Of a stretch of 64,000 nt of DNA, positions 1 through 14,388 are shown in pieces. The translations under genes and the position numbers were made by a program. This DNA is from Eledone cirrhosa (lineage: Eukaryota). The stretch spans positions 269,824,001-269,888,000 of the forward strand of contig OZ024741.1 of NCBI GenBank assembly GCA_964016885.1, in the 5' to 3' direction. Position 1 is the first letter of the stretch. Each line of letters opens with the position of its first letter. The notes under the pieces are model-generated. The model was not told the origin of the DNA. It ran no database searches and saw only the letters and a list, made by a program, of their open reading frames with translations.

Positions 1-378
1 CGGTCATCCTCCATGCGCATCACATGTCCATACCATCTCAGCTTTCTCTCCTGCACACCACAACTTATCCCTCTTATACCCAGTTTCTTTCTCAACTCGT
101 CTATGCTTGGTCGTTCACGCACATTGGCATTGCACATCCAACGGAGCATGCTTGCTTCATTTCTCTCCAGCCGTCGCATATCCTCTGCAGTTGCTGCCCA
201 TGTCTCACCACCATGCAGCATCGCGCATCTCACACAGGCATCATATAACCGGCCTTTCGTACGCAGGGAGAAACTCTTCTTTGTCAGCAGACGAAGTAGC
301 TCCCTAAATTTCTTCCAACCCGTCCTTATTCTAGATACTATGGCCTCAGAACACCCCCCTCCCATGCTAATCTGATCA
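1..378 (-). mobile_element. RTE-clade LINE fragment (C-terminal region after the RT domain)
   Basis: Minus-strand translation reads SRIRTGWKKFREL...KGRLYDACVRCAMLHGGETWA...RRLERNEASMLRWM...LRWYGHVMRMEDD, the characteristic RTE C-terminal motifs. Confidence 0.85.
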
Positions 379-1143
379 TAAGTAGAAATATCCTTATCCA
401 TATTGTCAACCTGTCTTTCAGCTTGACCCCGCTCAGTTATGTTTCTGATACTTTCAATCCTCTGTGGAATCTCTCCTGGTGTCAACATAGTCAATACGTT
501 TTGTGGTGTCTCTTGTCACATATTCATTTGAATCCCTTTCTGATATTGGTATTCTCAAATCGTTTTCAAAATTTTTCTTAATTTCATTTAACTCTGCATC
601 TTTAGTCTCTTGTTTCTAAGAATATCTCTTCTAACATTTGCAGGTTTGGTCTTCTTTCTGGATTTCTTTCCCACCATATTCTAAAAGAATTTACTGAGTG
701 TTTTGGTCTGATAGTTTGCCTAATGAGTGATAGAAGCGTATATCACTTCTTTATACTCTTCTAGAGTCCATTTGATACGTTGAGTTTTTTTGTTTTCCTC
801 GTGGTGCTGAACTTGAAGGTCTAGGGTTAGGATTATTCTCGTTCAAATGACCATTCAAGTCTGTATTTGACGAACTCGTTTCAGCTGCAGACTTTTCCAC
901 CCTAGGCTGATTCCTCCTGGGAGACACAGACCCTGTTGACCCGGACGACGACTGATCCAGTATGTGTTTTTGTCTGTAGACATCGTGGGCCTTTTTGTTT
1001 GTTTCTTTGTCCGTTTTATTCTTCACCACTAGGTAGTGCTTTTGTTCAATATATCCCCTCTAGGATGATTAGTGAGTTAGTCCTCACCATGTGACACAGC
1101 TACCCACCGCCGGATGCCAGCAAGTTATTTCTTGCCCACGGGT
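379..1143 (-). mobile_element. R4/Dong-like non-LTR retrotransposon, 5' fragment (degenerate)
   Basis: ORF 751-1029 continues after a frameshift into KWTLEEYKEVIYA...ANVRRDILRNKRLKDAELNEIK, which resembles R4/Dong N-termini. The 5' end abuts a short (TAA)n run. Confidence 0.55.
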
Positions 1144-1165
1144 TTTATTATTATTATTAGTGCCA

Positions 1166-1359
1166 GGGTGGGGGATTGGCAGTATCAGTAGAGGATCGGA
1201 CGCCATGCTTTGCAGCAAAGAGTTACGGCCCTTTATGGTGTGAGTTCAAATCCCACCGAGGTTAGCTTTACCTTTCATCCTTATGGGGTCGATAAAATAA
1301 AGTACCAGTAATACACTGGATTAATTGCTGGCCTTGTGCCTAAAGTAGAAACAATTATT
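1166..1359 (+). mobile_element. tRNA-derived SINE (family A), full length
   Basis: A-box-like TGGCAGTATCAG, B-box GAGTTCAAATCCC, central CCTTTCATCCTTAYGGGGTCGATAAAATAAAGTACCAGT and AT-rich tail. There are many copies in this window. Confidence 0.85.
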
Positions 1360-1417
1360 GGTGCTGACTTTAAAGTCTTCCTCGTGTAAACCATTTGTTG
1401 TTAATAAAGACATCCTT

Positions 1418-2500
1418 ACCACGACCACCAACACCACCACCACCACTACCACCACTACCACCACCACCACTACCACCTCCACCACCACCACCATCACCAC
1501 CACCACCACTACCACCACTACCACCACCACCACTACCACCTCCACCACCACCACCACCACCACCACTACCACCACCACCACCACTACCACCACTACCACC
1601 ACTACCACCACCACCACCACCACCACCACTACCACCACCACCACCACTACCACCACTACCACCACTACCACCACCACCACTACCACCTCCACCACCACCA
1701 CCATCACCACCACCACCACTACCACCACTACCACCACCACCACTACCACCTCCACCACCACCACCACCTCCACCACCACCACCACCACCACTACCACCAC
1801 CACCACCACTACCACCACTACCACCACCACCACTACCACCACCACCACCACCACCTCCACCACCACCACCATCACCACCACCCCACTACCACCACTACCA
1901 CCACCACCACTACCACCACCACCATCACTACCACTGCCACCACTACCACCACCACCACCAACATCACCACCACTACCACCACCACCACGACCACCAATAC
2001 CACCACCATCACCACCAAAGCACCACCACCACCACTACCACCACCATCACCACCACTACCACCACTACCACCACCACCATCACCACCACTACCACCACCA
2101 CCACCACAACCATCACTAGCACCACCACCACCAAACCACCACAACCACCACTACCACCACTAGCACCACCACCACAAAACCACCACCACCACCACTACCA
2201 CCACCACCACCACTACTACCACCATCACCATCACCACCACTACCACCACTACCACCACCACCATCACCACCACTACCACCACCACCTCTACCACCACTAC
2301 CACCACCAAACCACCACCACCACCACTACCACCACCACCACCACCACTACTACCACCACCACCACCACCACCACTACCACCACCACCACCACCACCACCA
2401 CTACCACCACCACCACCACTACCACCACTACCACCACCACCATCACCACCACTAACACCACCACCACTACCACCACCAAACCACCACCACCATCACCACC
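1418..2500. repeat. (CAC)n/(CAC-TAC) microsatellite, about 1.1 kb
   Basis: Direct inspection; it explains the poly-T/P/H/V ORFs. Confidence 0.97.
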
Positions 2501-2504
2501 ACGA

Positions 2505-2606
2505 GATTAACTTTGCCTTTCATCCTTACGGGGTCGATAAAATAAAGTACCAGTAATACACTGGGAAATTGCTTGCCTGTGCCAAAAAGTAGAAACAATT
2601 ATTATT
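2505..2606 (+). mobile_element. SINE family A, 3' half
   Basis: Matches 1260-1359. Confidence 0.85.
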
Positions 2607-2993
2607 ACTATTTATATTATTATCATTATCCTGTAGTTTGTTCTTAGACACAAACACGCTTTCTCTCTCTCTCTTTCTCTCTCTCTTTATCTCTCTCTGT
2701 CTCTCTCCCTCTCTATATATATATAACTCTCTCTCTCTGTTCTTCCTTTCTCTCTCCCTCATACACACACACACAAACACATACACACACAAACACATAC
2801 ACACACAAACACAAATACACACAAACACAAACACACACACAAAAGTTAAAAGTAAAAGGTTTTGCCCGGGTCGAAGTGGAAGAGAGAGTGAGCAAACCAT
2901 ATTACATAATTAGTTTTAAAATCTCTGTGAATTAATGAAGACCATTTGTCAAGAATGTCTGTCATACATCTTTTATATAAACAGACGACAATC

Positions 2994-5299
2994 GGAACAA
3001 AAAAAACAGAGAAGAAAATACTGAACAAAAAAACAGAGAAGAAAATACTGAACAAAAAACAGGGAAGAAAATACTGAACAAAAAAACAGAGAAGAAAATA
3101 CTGAACAAACAAAAAACAAAGAAGAAAATACTGAACAAAAAGCAGGGAAGAAAATACTGAACAAAAAAAAACAGAGAAGAAAATACTGAACAAAAAAACA
3201 GGGAAGAAAATACTGAACAAAAAACAGAGAAGAAAATACTGAACAAAAAGCAGAGAAGAAAATACTGAACAAAAAACAGAGAAGAAAATACTGAACAAAA
3301 AGCAGAGAAGAAAATACTGAACAAAAAACAGAGAAGAAAATACTGAACAAAAAACAGAGAAGAAAATACTGAACAAAAAACAGAAGAAAATACTGCACAA
3401 AAAGCAGTGAAGAAAATACTGAACAAAAAACAGGGAAGAAGATACTGAACAAAAAAACAGAGAAGAAAATACTGAACAAAAAGCAGAGAAGAAAATACTG
3501 AACAAAAAACAGAGAAGAAAATACTGAACAAAAAACAAAGAAAAAAATAATGAACAAAAAACAAAGAAGAAAATACTGAACAAAAAACAGAGAAGAAAAT
3601 ACTGAACAAAAAACAAAGAAAATACTGAACAAAAAACAGAAGAAAATACTGCACAAAAAACAGAGAAGAAAATACTGAACAAAAAAAAGGGACGAAAATA
3701 CTGAACAAAAAAACAGAGAAGAAAATACTGAACAAAAAGCAGAGAAGAAAATACTGAACAAAAAACAGAGAAGAAAATACTGAACAAAAAACAAAGAAGA
3801 AAATAATGAACAAAAAACAGATAAGAAAATAATGAACAAAAAAACAGAGAAGAAAATACTGAACAAAAAACAGAGAAGAAAATACTGAACAAAAAACAGA
3901 GAAGAAAATACTGAACAAAAAACAGAAGAAAATACTGCACAAAAAGCAGAGAAGAAAATACTGAACAAAAAACAGGGAAGAAAATACTGAACAAAAAAAC
4001 AGAGAAGAAAATACTGAACAAAAAGCAGAGAAGAAAATACTGAACAAAATACAGAGAAGAAAATACTGAACAAAAAACAAAGAAGAAAATAATGAACAAA
4101 AAACAGAGAAGAAAATACTGAACAAAAAACAGAGAAGAAAATACTGAACAAAAAACAAAGAAAATACTGAACAAAAAACAGAAGAAAATTCTGCACAAAA
4201 AGCAGAGAAGAAAATACTGAACAAAAAAAAGGGAAGAAAATACTGAACAAAAAAACAGAGAAGAAAATACTGAACAAAAAGCAGAGAAGAAAATACTGAA
4301 CAAAAAACAGAGAAGAAAATACTGAACAAAAAACAAAGAAGAAAATAATGAACAAAAAACAGAGAAGAAAATACTGAACAAAAAAACAGAGAAGAAAATA
4401 CTGAACAAAAAACAGAGAAGAAAATACTGAACAAAAAACAGAGAAGAAAATACTGAACAAATGAAAGAAGAAAATACAGAACAAAAAGCAGAGAAGAAAA
4501 TACTGAACAAAAAACAGGGAAGAAAATACTGAACAAAAAGCAGAGAAGAAAATACTGAACAAAAATCAGAGAAGAAAATACTGAACAAAAGACAGAGAAG
4601 AAAATACTGAACACAAACAGAGAAGAAAATACTGAACAAAAAACAAAGAAAATACTGAACAAAAAACAGAAGAAAATACTGAACAAAAAACAGAAAAAAA
4701 AATACTGAACAAAAAACGGAAGAAAATACTGAACAAAAAACAGAGAAAATACTGAACAAAAAACAGAGAAGAAAATACTGAACAAAAAACAAAGAAGAAA
4801 ATAATGAACAAAAAACAGAGAAGAAAATACTGAACAAAAAAAAACAGAGAAGAAAATACTGAACAAAAAACAGAGTAGAAAATACTGAACAAAAAACAAA
4901 GAAAATACTGAACAAAAAACAGAGAAGAAAATACTGAACAAAAAACAAAGAAAATACTGAACAAAAAACAGAAGAAAATACTGAACAAAAAGCAGATAAG
5001 AAAATACTGAACAAAAAACAGGGAAGAAAATACTGAACAAAAAAACAGAGAAGAAAATACTGAACAAAAAGCAGAGAAGAAAATACTGAACAAAAAACAA
5101 AGAAAATACTGAACAAAAAACAGAAGAAAATACTGAACAAAAAGCAGAGAAGAAAATACTGAACAAAAAACAGAGAAGAAAATACTGAACACAAACAGAG
5201 AAGAAAATACTGAACAAAAAACAAAGATAATACTGAAGAAAAAACAGAGAAGAAAATACTGAACAAAAAACAGAGAAGAAAATACTGAACAAAAAACAG
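2994..5299. repeat. A-rich tandem satellite, about 24-30-bp unit (AAAAAACAGAGAAGAAAATACTGAAC), about 2.3 kb
   Basis: Continuous tandem units with recurring variants (GCAGAG, CAGGG, AATAATG). It explains the F/S/V-rich minus-strand ORFs. Confidence 0.97.
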
Positions 5300-5376
5300 C
5301 TGTTTTTGTTATTGTTGTTATTGCTATTGTTGCTGTTGTTGTTATTGTTGTTGTTGTTATTGCTGTTGTTGTTGTT

Positions 5377-5421
<45 letters not shown>

Positions 5422-5630
5422 GCTGTTATTGTTGTTATTGCTGCTGTTGTTGTTGTTGTTATTGCTGTTGTTGTTGTTGTTATTGCTGTTGTTGTTGCTA
5501 TTGATGTTGTTGTTGATATTGTTGTTGTTGCTGTTGTTATTGTTGTTGTTGTTATTGATGTTGTTGTTATTGTTGTTGTTATTATTGTTGTTATTGTTGT
5601 TGTTGTTGTTATTGCTGTTGTTGTTGTTAT
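5300..5630. repeat. (GTT)n microsatellite
   Basis: Direct inspection. Confidence 0.95.
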
Positions 5631-5834
5631 TTAATATTAACCCGTATCAATAACTGAGGGCAAAAACATTTTATTTTTGTATAAATTTGTCATCATGTCT
5701 TTAGGGACAGAATTATTACATAACATTTATGAGCAAGAGTGAGTTGGTTATATCTTCCTGTCTCAATATACAACATTGGTTTTAGTTTTGTGGGGGTAGG
5801 GTGGAAGGAAGGTTTTAGAGTATTCTTGATATTG

Positions 5835-5870
<36 letters not shown>

Positions 5871-5900
5871 CTGTGTATGTGTGTGTCTGTCTGTGTGTAT

Positions 5901-5963
<63 letters not shown>

Positions 5964-6326
5964 CATATATCTATATATATATCTGTCTCTCACTGTCTCT
6001 CTCTCTCTATCTATCTCTCTCTCTTTTTCTCTCTTTCTCTTTATATATATATATGTGTGTGTGTATATATATATATACATATATATACATATATACATCA
6101 TACATGCATACATACATACACACGTACATACATATACATGCGTGCGACGCGTAAGCTTGTAACACTAGGTTGTGTTTATATGTATATATATATATTTAAT
6201 ATTATATTTGCTTCCTAGGGATGTGAGAATTTGCTGTTACATATCTATACAAACATATACACGCCCAAACACACACACTGGCATGGACAAGCAAACACTC
6301 TCTCAGGCTGTCTATGTCTGTCACAA

Positions 6327-6372
<46 letters not shown>

Positions 6373-6415
6373 TGCGTGCGTGTGTGTGTGTATGTGTGTG
6401 TGTGTATGTGTGTGT

Positions 6416-6508
<93 letters not shown>

Positions 6509-6639
6509 GTGTGTGTGTGTGTGTGTGTGCGTGGGTGTGATGAAATTGAATGGACGTACCTTAGGTGGGCGTTCTACATGCTAAATGTACATACGTTTGA
6601 AACTCACATATGTTAAATAGCGAGTTCAAATATGTTTCT

Positions 6640-8625
6640 TTGAAGATGGAACCTCCTAAAACCTAAAAATACCAAAATGTAGGCCCATAAGAGGTAGACC
6701 CCCCACCATAACCTCAATGGCTAAAAAGACTCCCATGGAGAGATGGAGTGGATGGACCAAAGCCATACGGACACCCAAAAACAATGATCAGGTGAGAAAA
6801 ATGGTCGCGCATGCAATAGGAGCTAGTATTAAAACTACCCTAAAGGGCCATATGTTTAAATTCAATGAAAAGATCTACACCCAGAATGAAGGAGCAGCCG
6901 TTGGCGTCAGCATAGCTGGTGATGTTGCCAATCTATTTATGGTATGGTGGGAAAAGAGACTCAAAGATTTCCTTGAAGAGAGTTCCATAGACCTCATCAT
7001 TTACTCTCGTTACGTGGACGATATTAATATAGTAATAAGGGCACCCCCACAAGAGAGTACTAACGAACATGATTTAGAATATAGCACAATGGAAAACACC
7101 CAGCAGATAGCTAACTCCATACACCAGAGCATAACTGTAACTATCGACTACCCTTCCAAACACCCTAACAATAGACTACCTGTATTAGACACGGAACTCT
7201 GGATTAACACTATAGACGAGAGGGCCCACATTCTCTACTCACTCTAAGCTAAACCCATGGCCTCCAAATACCTGATACTCAAAAACTTAGCAATGTCCAA
7301 TAGTGCTAAGTTTAATATTCTGATCGCAGACTTGGTACGAGTGATGAAGAACGTGTCTCGCATGTGCGACCCAACTGAAATGGAAAGACACATCTAACAA
7401 TCGCATGCAGTTCTCTGGCTACAACCAAAGAGACAGAATCAGAGTATACAAAGGAGCCACGGAGAAGTATAAGACCCCCATAGAAATGGACATGAAAGGA
7501 ATGTGCGCACTATACAGGAGCAAATCATAGAATAGCTTAGATAGGACTAAACATAAGATAGTGAAAGCCACTTCATGGTACAACCAGATATATCAGAGTG
7601 TCATGTTCGTGGATGATACCCCTGGGGGAAAAGTAGCTAACCAATGTAGAAAGACCCACTTAAAGATTAAAGTGATAGAAAAGCCAGTAACTACCATAAA
7701 ATCCCTGATCAGCAAAACATACCCCTTTAAGAAAACCCACTGAAATAATAAATGTGTTATATGTAAAGTGAACCTCCAGATAAACTGTAAAACTAAAAAT
7801 GTAGTCTATAGCATAAGATGTACAGAGGGTTCTTGCAGAAACATGACAACGACATACTTAGGTGAGACAGCTCGAAGCATAGAAGAAAGAATAGACCAAC
7901 ACTTGGGGGAATTAAAACGACAAAAAAAAACGGTTCAGTACTATACGAACACGCCAGACAAAGACATGGCGGTAATATCGACAACATAGAAATTAAAATA
8001 ATATCTAAACATAGAAATGACCGAACAGGTAAGCAAATCAGAGAAGCGAGTGAAATAGAGCTTAGAAAACCAAAGTTAAACAAGAAAAACGAATGGAATA
8101 ACAACAACAACCACACCCAAACAAACAATACTGACTTAAAGGAAATATAAATAAATAAATAAATAAATAAATACACAAGCACAATAATAACAAACACATA
8201 TAAACACACACTAGTAAACAAAGATAGAATACAAAAACCAAACCATATACACTCAAACGCGAACACACACACCAAACATTATACACACACGCAAACGCAT
8301 GCGCAGAAACGGAGACAAAAATAAATAAATAAATAAAATAAAAATGGCGTAAACATTACAATACAATACAATAGGAGGGAACATGATAATAGTACCACTG
8401 ATGATGTTGCAGATGTGCAACGAAAGAACTTTGTTAGACTATATATATATATATTTATATCTGCATTTTTTACCGTTGGTCAGTCAATGATAACCATTGA
8501 TTGCCAAATAAATTAACTATGCAGATATAAAAGATACAGAAGCGAAAACAATGATTGTGTTCTGTTATTATTTCTGGCAATATTATTACAACAATATGAC
8601 CCTCCCCAAGTATAACAATAAATAT
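6640..8625 (+). mobile_element. Penelope-like element, decayed (RT plus GIY-YIG), family P1
   Basis: RT motifs QNEGAAVGVSIAG, YSRYVDDI and DYPSKHPNNRLPVLD; GIY-YIG motif NVVYSIRC...YLGETARSIEER; stops and frameshifts. The 3' UTR has an HHR motif. Homologous to 62913-64000 (-). Confidence 0.88.
8391..8440 (+). ncRNA. Minimal type I hammerhead ribozyme motif (stem I partly decayed)
   Basis: GTACCA-CTGATGA-T-GTTGCA-GATG-TGCAAC-GAAA-GAAC-TT-TGTTAG, located in the PLE 3' region. Confidence 0.7.
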
Positions 8626-8754
8626 AAATATATATGCATTATATATTTTACACATTATATGATCATTGTACACACTCCTTCCTCTCCTTACTCCCCCCTT
8701 AAATGTTTTATATTTGTATTGCCCCGTGTGACAAATAAAGAAATTATAATTAAT

Positions 8755-8943
8755 ATTATTGTTGCTGTTATTGTTGCTGTTATTGTTGTTATTGTTGTTA
8801 TTGTTGCTGCTTTGCTGTTATTGTTGTTATTGTTGTTATTGTTGCTGTTATTGTTGTTGTTGTTGTTGTTATTGTTGCTGCTTTGCTGTTATTGTTGCTG
8901 TTTTGTTGTTATTGTTGCTGTTATTGTTGTTATTGTCGCTGTT

Positions 8944-8985
<42 letters not shown>

Positions 8986-9478
8986 ATTGTTGCTGTTATT
9001 GTTGCTGTTATTGTTGTTGTTATTGTTGCTGTTATTGTTGCTGTTATTGTTGCTGTTATTGTTGCTGTTATTGTTGTTATTGTTCCTGTTATTATTGCTG
9101 TTATTGTTGTTATTGTTGCTGTTATTGTTATTATTGTTGCTGTTATTGTTGTTATTGTTGCTGTTTTGTTGTTATTGTTGCTGTTATTATTGCTGTTATT
9201 GTTGTTATTGTTGTTGTTATTGTTGCTGTTATTGTCGTTATTGTTGCTGTTATTGTTGTTGGTATTGTTGTTATTATTGCTGTCATTGTTGTTATTGTTA
9301 CTGTTATTGTTGTTATTATTGCTGTTATTGTTATTGTTGCTGTTTTTGTTGCTGTTATTGTTGCTATTGTTGTTCTTATTGTTGTTATTACTGTATGTTG
9401 TTATGACTCTTGTTATTGTTATTATTACTGTTACTCTATGTTGTTATGACTGTTATTGTTGTTATTATTGCTGTTATT
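8755..9478. repeat. (GTT/GCT/ATT)n degenerate microsatellite
   Basis: Direct inspection. Confidence 0.93.
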
Positions 9479-9683
9479 TTAATAAGCTGTTGTTTTCATG
9501 CGCCATCTTTATCAGTGTCGACGCCATGTTTGTTCCATGGACATGAAATCTGGCTACAAATGATTACAGCAATATATTGATTACTGTGAGTCTTCTCCGT
9601 GTTTCTCTCGAACATTCACTTTCGTCATCATTGTAAATACTTTATTAACATTATTGGGCTTTCACATTTTATTCCCACTTTTT

Positions 9684-10445
<762 letters not shown>

Positions 10446-10479
10446 TGATTTCTAATGTAGACACCAGGTCAAACTTTCG

Positions 10480-10912
10480 TGCTGGGTGAAGAGGTTGATT
10501 AATTTAATCAAACAAAGTCCTCGACCAGTACTTTATTTTATCGACCCCGGAAGATGAAAAACAAAGCTGACCTCAACAGGATTTAAACTACGAAAGTAAA
10601 ACATACATGCATGGTCCCATAACTCCTGGGGGAGTCGTAGATGTTCGCTGTTGACATACGGCGTTTCTTAGGTTATTTTTAAACCTAGCTAAGCCCATCT
10701 CCTCTCCAGGCCTGAATACAGCAGATTTCTTCCAAAGAAGGATAGAAAGAGTGGGTGTGAGAAAGAAATATCGAGGAAGAATCGACCCCCAATACTAGAC
10801 GGGTACTTTTTTATCGACCTCGAATGGATGAAAAATAAAGTTGACCTCGATTTAATTGACTTTCCCTTCCCACCAAATTCTTGGCTTTGTGCCTAAATCA
10901 GAAACCCTTATT
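10480..10912 (-). mobile_element. Two decayed SINE family A-related fragments
   Basis: The motif TACTTT..TTTATCGACC..GAA..GATGAAAA..AAAG.TGACCTC occurs near 10529 and 10804. Confidence 0.65.
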
Positions 10913-11118
10913 TTAGAATGGTCCCTGGTTTACCATCTTTGCAAGAAGTACAAAAAATAAGAGCACTATCACTGTGAGAACGATAATCATCTACATAAAC
11001 GTTTTTACATAACTAGCTTTATTCGATTATATTCCGTAATTATGTAAGTTGTAAATAACTGAACACTCTTATATGATTGAATATCATTCTGTTGTAAATA
11101 CGACTTTAAACAGATAAT

Positions 11119-11520
11119 GGTTTCTTATATAAGCATAAGGCCAGCAATTTTAGGGGAGGGGAAAGTCTATTAAATCTACCCCAGTGCATTACTGGTACTT
11201 TATTTTATCGACCCCGTAAGGATGAAAGGCAAAGTTAACCTCGGCGGGATTTGAACTCAGACCATAAAGGGCCGTAATTCTATGCTGCAAAGCATGGCGT
11301 CCGACCCTCTACCGATACTGCCAATCCACATAATAATTGTTTCTACTTTTGGCACAAGGCCAGCAATTATCCCAGTGTATTACTGGTACTTTATTTTATC
11401 GACTCCGTAAGGATGAAAGGCAAAGTTAAACTCGGCGGGATTTGAATTCAGACCATAAAGGGTCGTAACTCTATGCTGCAAAGCATGGTGTTCGACCTTC
11501 TACCGACACTGCCAATCCAC
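11119..11520 (-). mobile_element. Two tandem SINE family A copies
   Basis: The reverse complement of 1166-1359 appears twice (11119-11330 and 11335-11520). Confidence 0.88.
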
Positions 11521-11679
11521 ATAATAATAGTAGCAATAGTGATGATTTCTTATATTAACGACACATGCATCGGGTGGAGGAGACAATACAAAGACAGGAG
11601 GTTACAACAATTAGGGTGGAGAGAGGGTTATGTAGAAATGAGAAACAAAAGTGTGATGATATGTATACATATATATATA

Positions 11680-12347
11680 TCTATATAAAGTTGTAGTTCC
11701 TGTCTGTTTGTTTGTTTGTTCACGAACTCCTCCTATGGTTTTGGAGATAGACCCCCATAACCATATATATTCTGAAACTACATTGCCCAGGGTACTTGGA
11801 TATTTGATTTTAATATTTGATTTTAATCAATTTGTTCTCCGGGGGTACAAACCTCCGCACAAACCCCCGCTGAAAACCCCCCGCTGAAAATGTTTTCCCT
11901 TCGATTTATATGAAATTTAAACCATAGGTAAATGACAAGATATAATGCCTATTCACAAAATTTCTGCAAATTTCAATAATATTAAGACACCCTATTAGGG
12001 TTCCCCAGAGGCACAAACCCCTGCTGAAAATATTTTCCCTTCGATTTATATGAAATTTAAACCATAGATAAATGACAAGATATGATGACTATTCACAAAA
12101 GTTTTGAATTGATATTTTTAAAAAATTTTACAAGAAACAAAATAAGAATAAGATTTAATAATGTAGTTTTGATTTGATATATTACAAAAATTAATGTTTT
12201 CCAATTTTTCATGTATTACATTTTACATTGAGTAATATTGAAATGCAGAGTTTTTCTCCATAAATTATATCACTGATTTAAAATCAATCATCATTTTCTT
12301 ACAAAAAAAATGTGTGAAACGCAGCAAGGCGCGGGTAATTCGGCTAG
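11680..12347 (+). mobile_element. Non-autonomous Helitron-type element
   Basis: 5' A|TCTATATAAA start, internal (GTTT)n and tandem subrepeats, and a GC-rich subterminal motif followed by CTAG|T. A second copy of the 3' end lies at 18671-18873. Confidence 0.75.
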
Positions 12348-12639
12348 TACATAATATATAAGTGGAGTATGCATAGTATATAATTATATGAGACAGTCCT
12401 CCTGTTATAGATAGCTGAATACTTAATGATACTTGAGGAACCTCCACAGATCTACAATCCTCTTGACCACCAAGGGTGAGTGCCCTCTCTCAACTACCGT
12501 TCTTCAACATACAGGTACAAGCTGAGAGTTGTATAAGTTAATTATTTTTTTAATTATAAATTTTAGGCCTTTCTTTAATAAGAAAATAAATGAGTAACTA
12601 CATGAATGAATGACGATAAAATAATTTGCAAAACACAAC

Positions 12640-13320
12640 AAATATTTAAATGGCCAGCGACACTCGCTGCATCAGCCACCCCACCTCGCGGGGCACTTTC
12701 CTTAGACGGGCTACTGACGTTCCGGCGGACGAGCCCGACAGTACGGGGTCCGAGTAGCCATGTGGTCTCGACGATGACCGGTGCGAAGGGGAAGCTGCCG
12801 GATAATTCCCTGGTATTTGTTTGTCTTCCTTTCCTCTGCATTGCGGGCCGCAGTCCCGGGGGGTTGTGGCCGAAGTGACTAAGTTGAAGGCGGAGAACGT
12901 GTCACAACATGTGGCGATCTATCTCCTTCAAATGGAAAGAGAGTAATTCTGTCGGGGCACTTGCCGTTTCCGCGGTCGAGGCCTGCTGGCTCCAGTTGTG
13001 ACGGGAAGCCAGTTGTGACGTCCAGGCTCCTTCCCAATATGTCGTTGAGAGCAGCATGTTAGGGGAACCGGCCTGCGCTCTGGTGGCAAGACAGTGTGTG
13101 CAGGACGAACTTGTCAACAAGTGCCCCGCAACCGCATTTATGTGGCTCACGTACGCGGAGGCCGAGGCGTTGGGCTGCTCCGATGCGAGAGCACGCGTCA
13201 TCAAGAAGGGTACCGGTTGACGAGGAGGGGACCGAATTGAACCACATCCCACTGTTTGGCGGAGCGGTGGCAACAAGTGAGGCGGTGTTGGTCCAAGCCA
13301 GACTCGATCCACCTAAAGGA
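12640..13320 (-). mobile_element. CRE-like non-LTR retrotransposon, 3' fragment (CCHC plus restriction-like endonuclease), decayed
   Basis: Minus-strand frames read WFNSVPSSSTGTLLDD..RIGAAQRLGLRVREPHKCGCGALVDKFVLHTLSC..SAGRFP, then EPAGLDRGNGKCPDRITLFPF and FAPVIVETT. Confidence 0.75.
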
Positions 13321-13498
13321 AGACCAGCACTTGTTGCCGTCCCAGTTACTTTACCCATTTTTTTCGCTACTTTTTACCCATCTATTTGAAAATGTACTAA
13401 TAAAGAGAACCTCCCTCACCGCCTAAACTTTCCTTCTCCAAGAGGAACTTAAAAGAGTCTGACCGAAGAAGAATGTGTCTGCCTTCAGGCCTTTCAAA

Positions 13499-13682
13499 TA
13501 ATTGTTTCTACTTTTGGCACAGGGCCAGCAATTACCCCAGTGCATTACTGGTACTTTATGTTATCGACCCCGTAAGGATGAAAGGCAAAGTTAACCCCGG
13601 CGGGATTTGAACTCATACCATAAAGGGTCGTAACTCTTTGCTGCAAAGCATGGCGTCCGACCGTCTACCGATACTGCCAATG
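13499..13682 (-). mobile_element. SINE family A
   Basis: Reverse complement of 1166-1359. Confidence 0.88.
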
Positions 13683-13695
13683 CAGGCCTATCAAA

Positions 13696-13830
13696 TAATA
13701 ATGATGATAATGATGATGGTGATGATGATGATATTGGTGATGATGATAATGATGATGGAGATGATATTGATGATAATAATGATGATGAAGATGATGGTGA
13801 CGATGGTGATGATGATGATGATGATGATAT

Positions 13831-13876
<46 letters not shown>

Positions 13877-13878
13877 AT

Positions 13879-13912
<34 letters not shown>

Positions 13913-14124
13913 ATTGATGATGATGATGATGATGATGATATTGATGATGATATTGATGATGATGATGATGATATTGATGATGATGATGATGATGATGATA
14001 TTGATGATGATATTGATGATGATGATGATGATATTGATGATGATGATGATGATATTGATGATGATGATGATGGGGATGATGAAGATGATGGTGACGATGG
14101 TGACGATGTTGATGATGATGCTAT

Positions 14125-14158
<34 letters not shown>

Positions 14159-14388
14159 GATGATGATGTATAAGATGATTATGATGATGGTGATGATGGT
14201 GATGATGGTGATGATGGTGGTGATGATGGTGATGATGATGGTGATGATGGTGATGATGATGGTGATGATGATGGTGATGATGGTGATGATGATGGTGATG
14301 ATGATGGTGATGATGGTGATGATGATGGTGATGATGATGGTGATGATGATGGTGATGATGATGGTGATGATGGTGATGATGATGGTGA
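13696..14388. repeat. (GAT)n microsatellite
   Basis: Direct inspection. Confidence 0.96.

Noticed and set aside
1065-1143. HDV-like ribozyme at the 5' end of the R4-like fragment
   Set aside because: A GG-P4-CTAA pattern is visible on the minus strand, but P1 and P3 cannot be threaded convincingly.
1166-1260. Functional tRNA genes at SINE heads (also 45236 and 37204)
   Set aside because: They have A/B boxes but no convincing cloverleaf, and they continue into repeat bodies.
1321-2510. Mucin-, extensin- or His-rich protein ORFs
   Set aside because: This is a (CAC)n microsatellite between SINEs with no gene structure. The same applies to the poly-M/I/V/L/Q and YI/CV ORFs elsewhere.
2846-5292. 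Long ORFs of 529-806 aa
   Set aside because: They are translations of a satellite, open in all minus-strand frames with low complexity.
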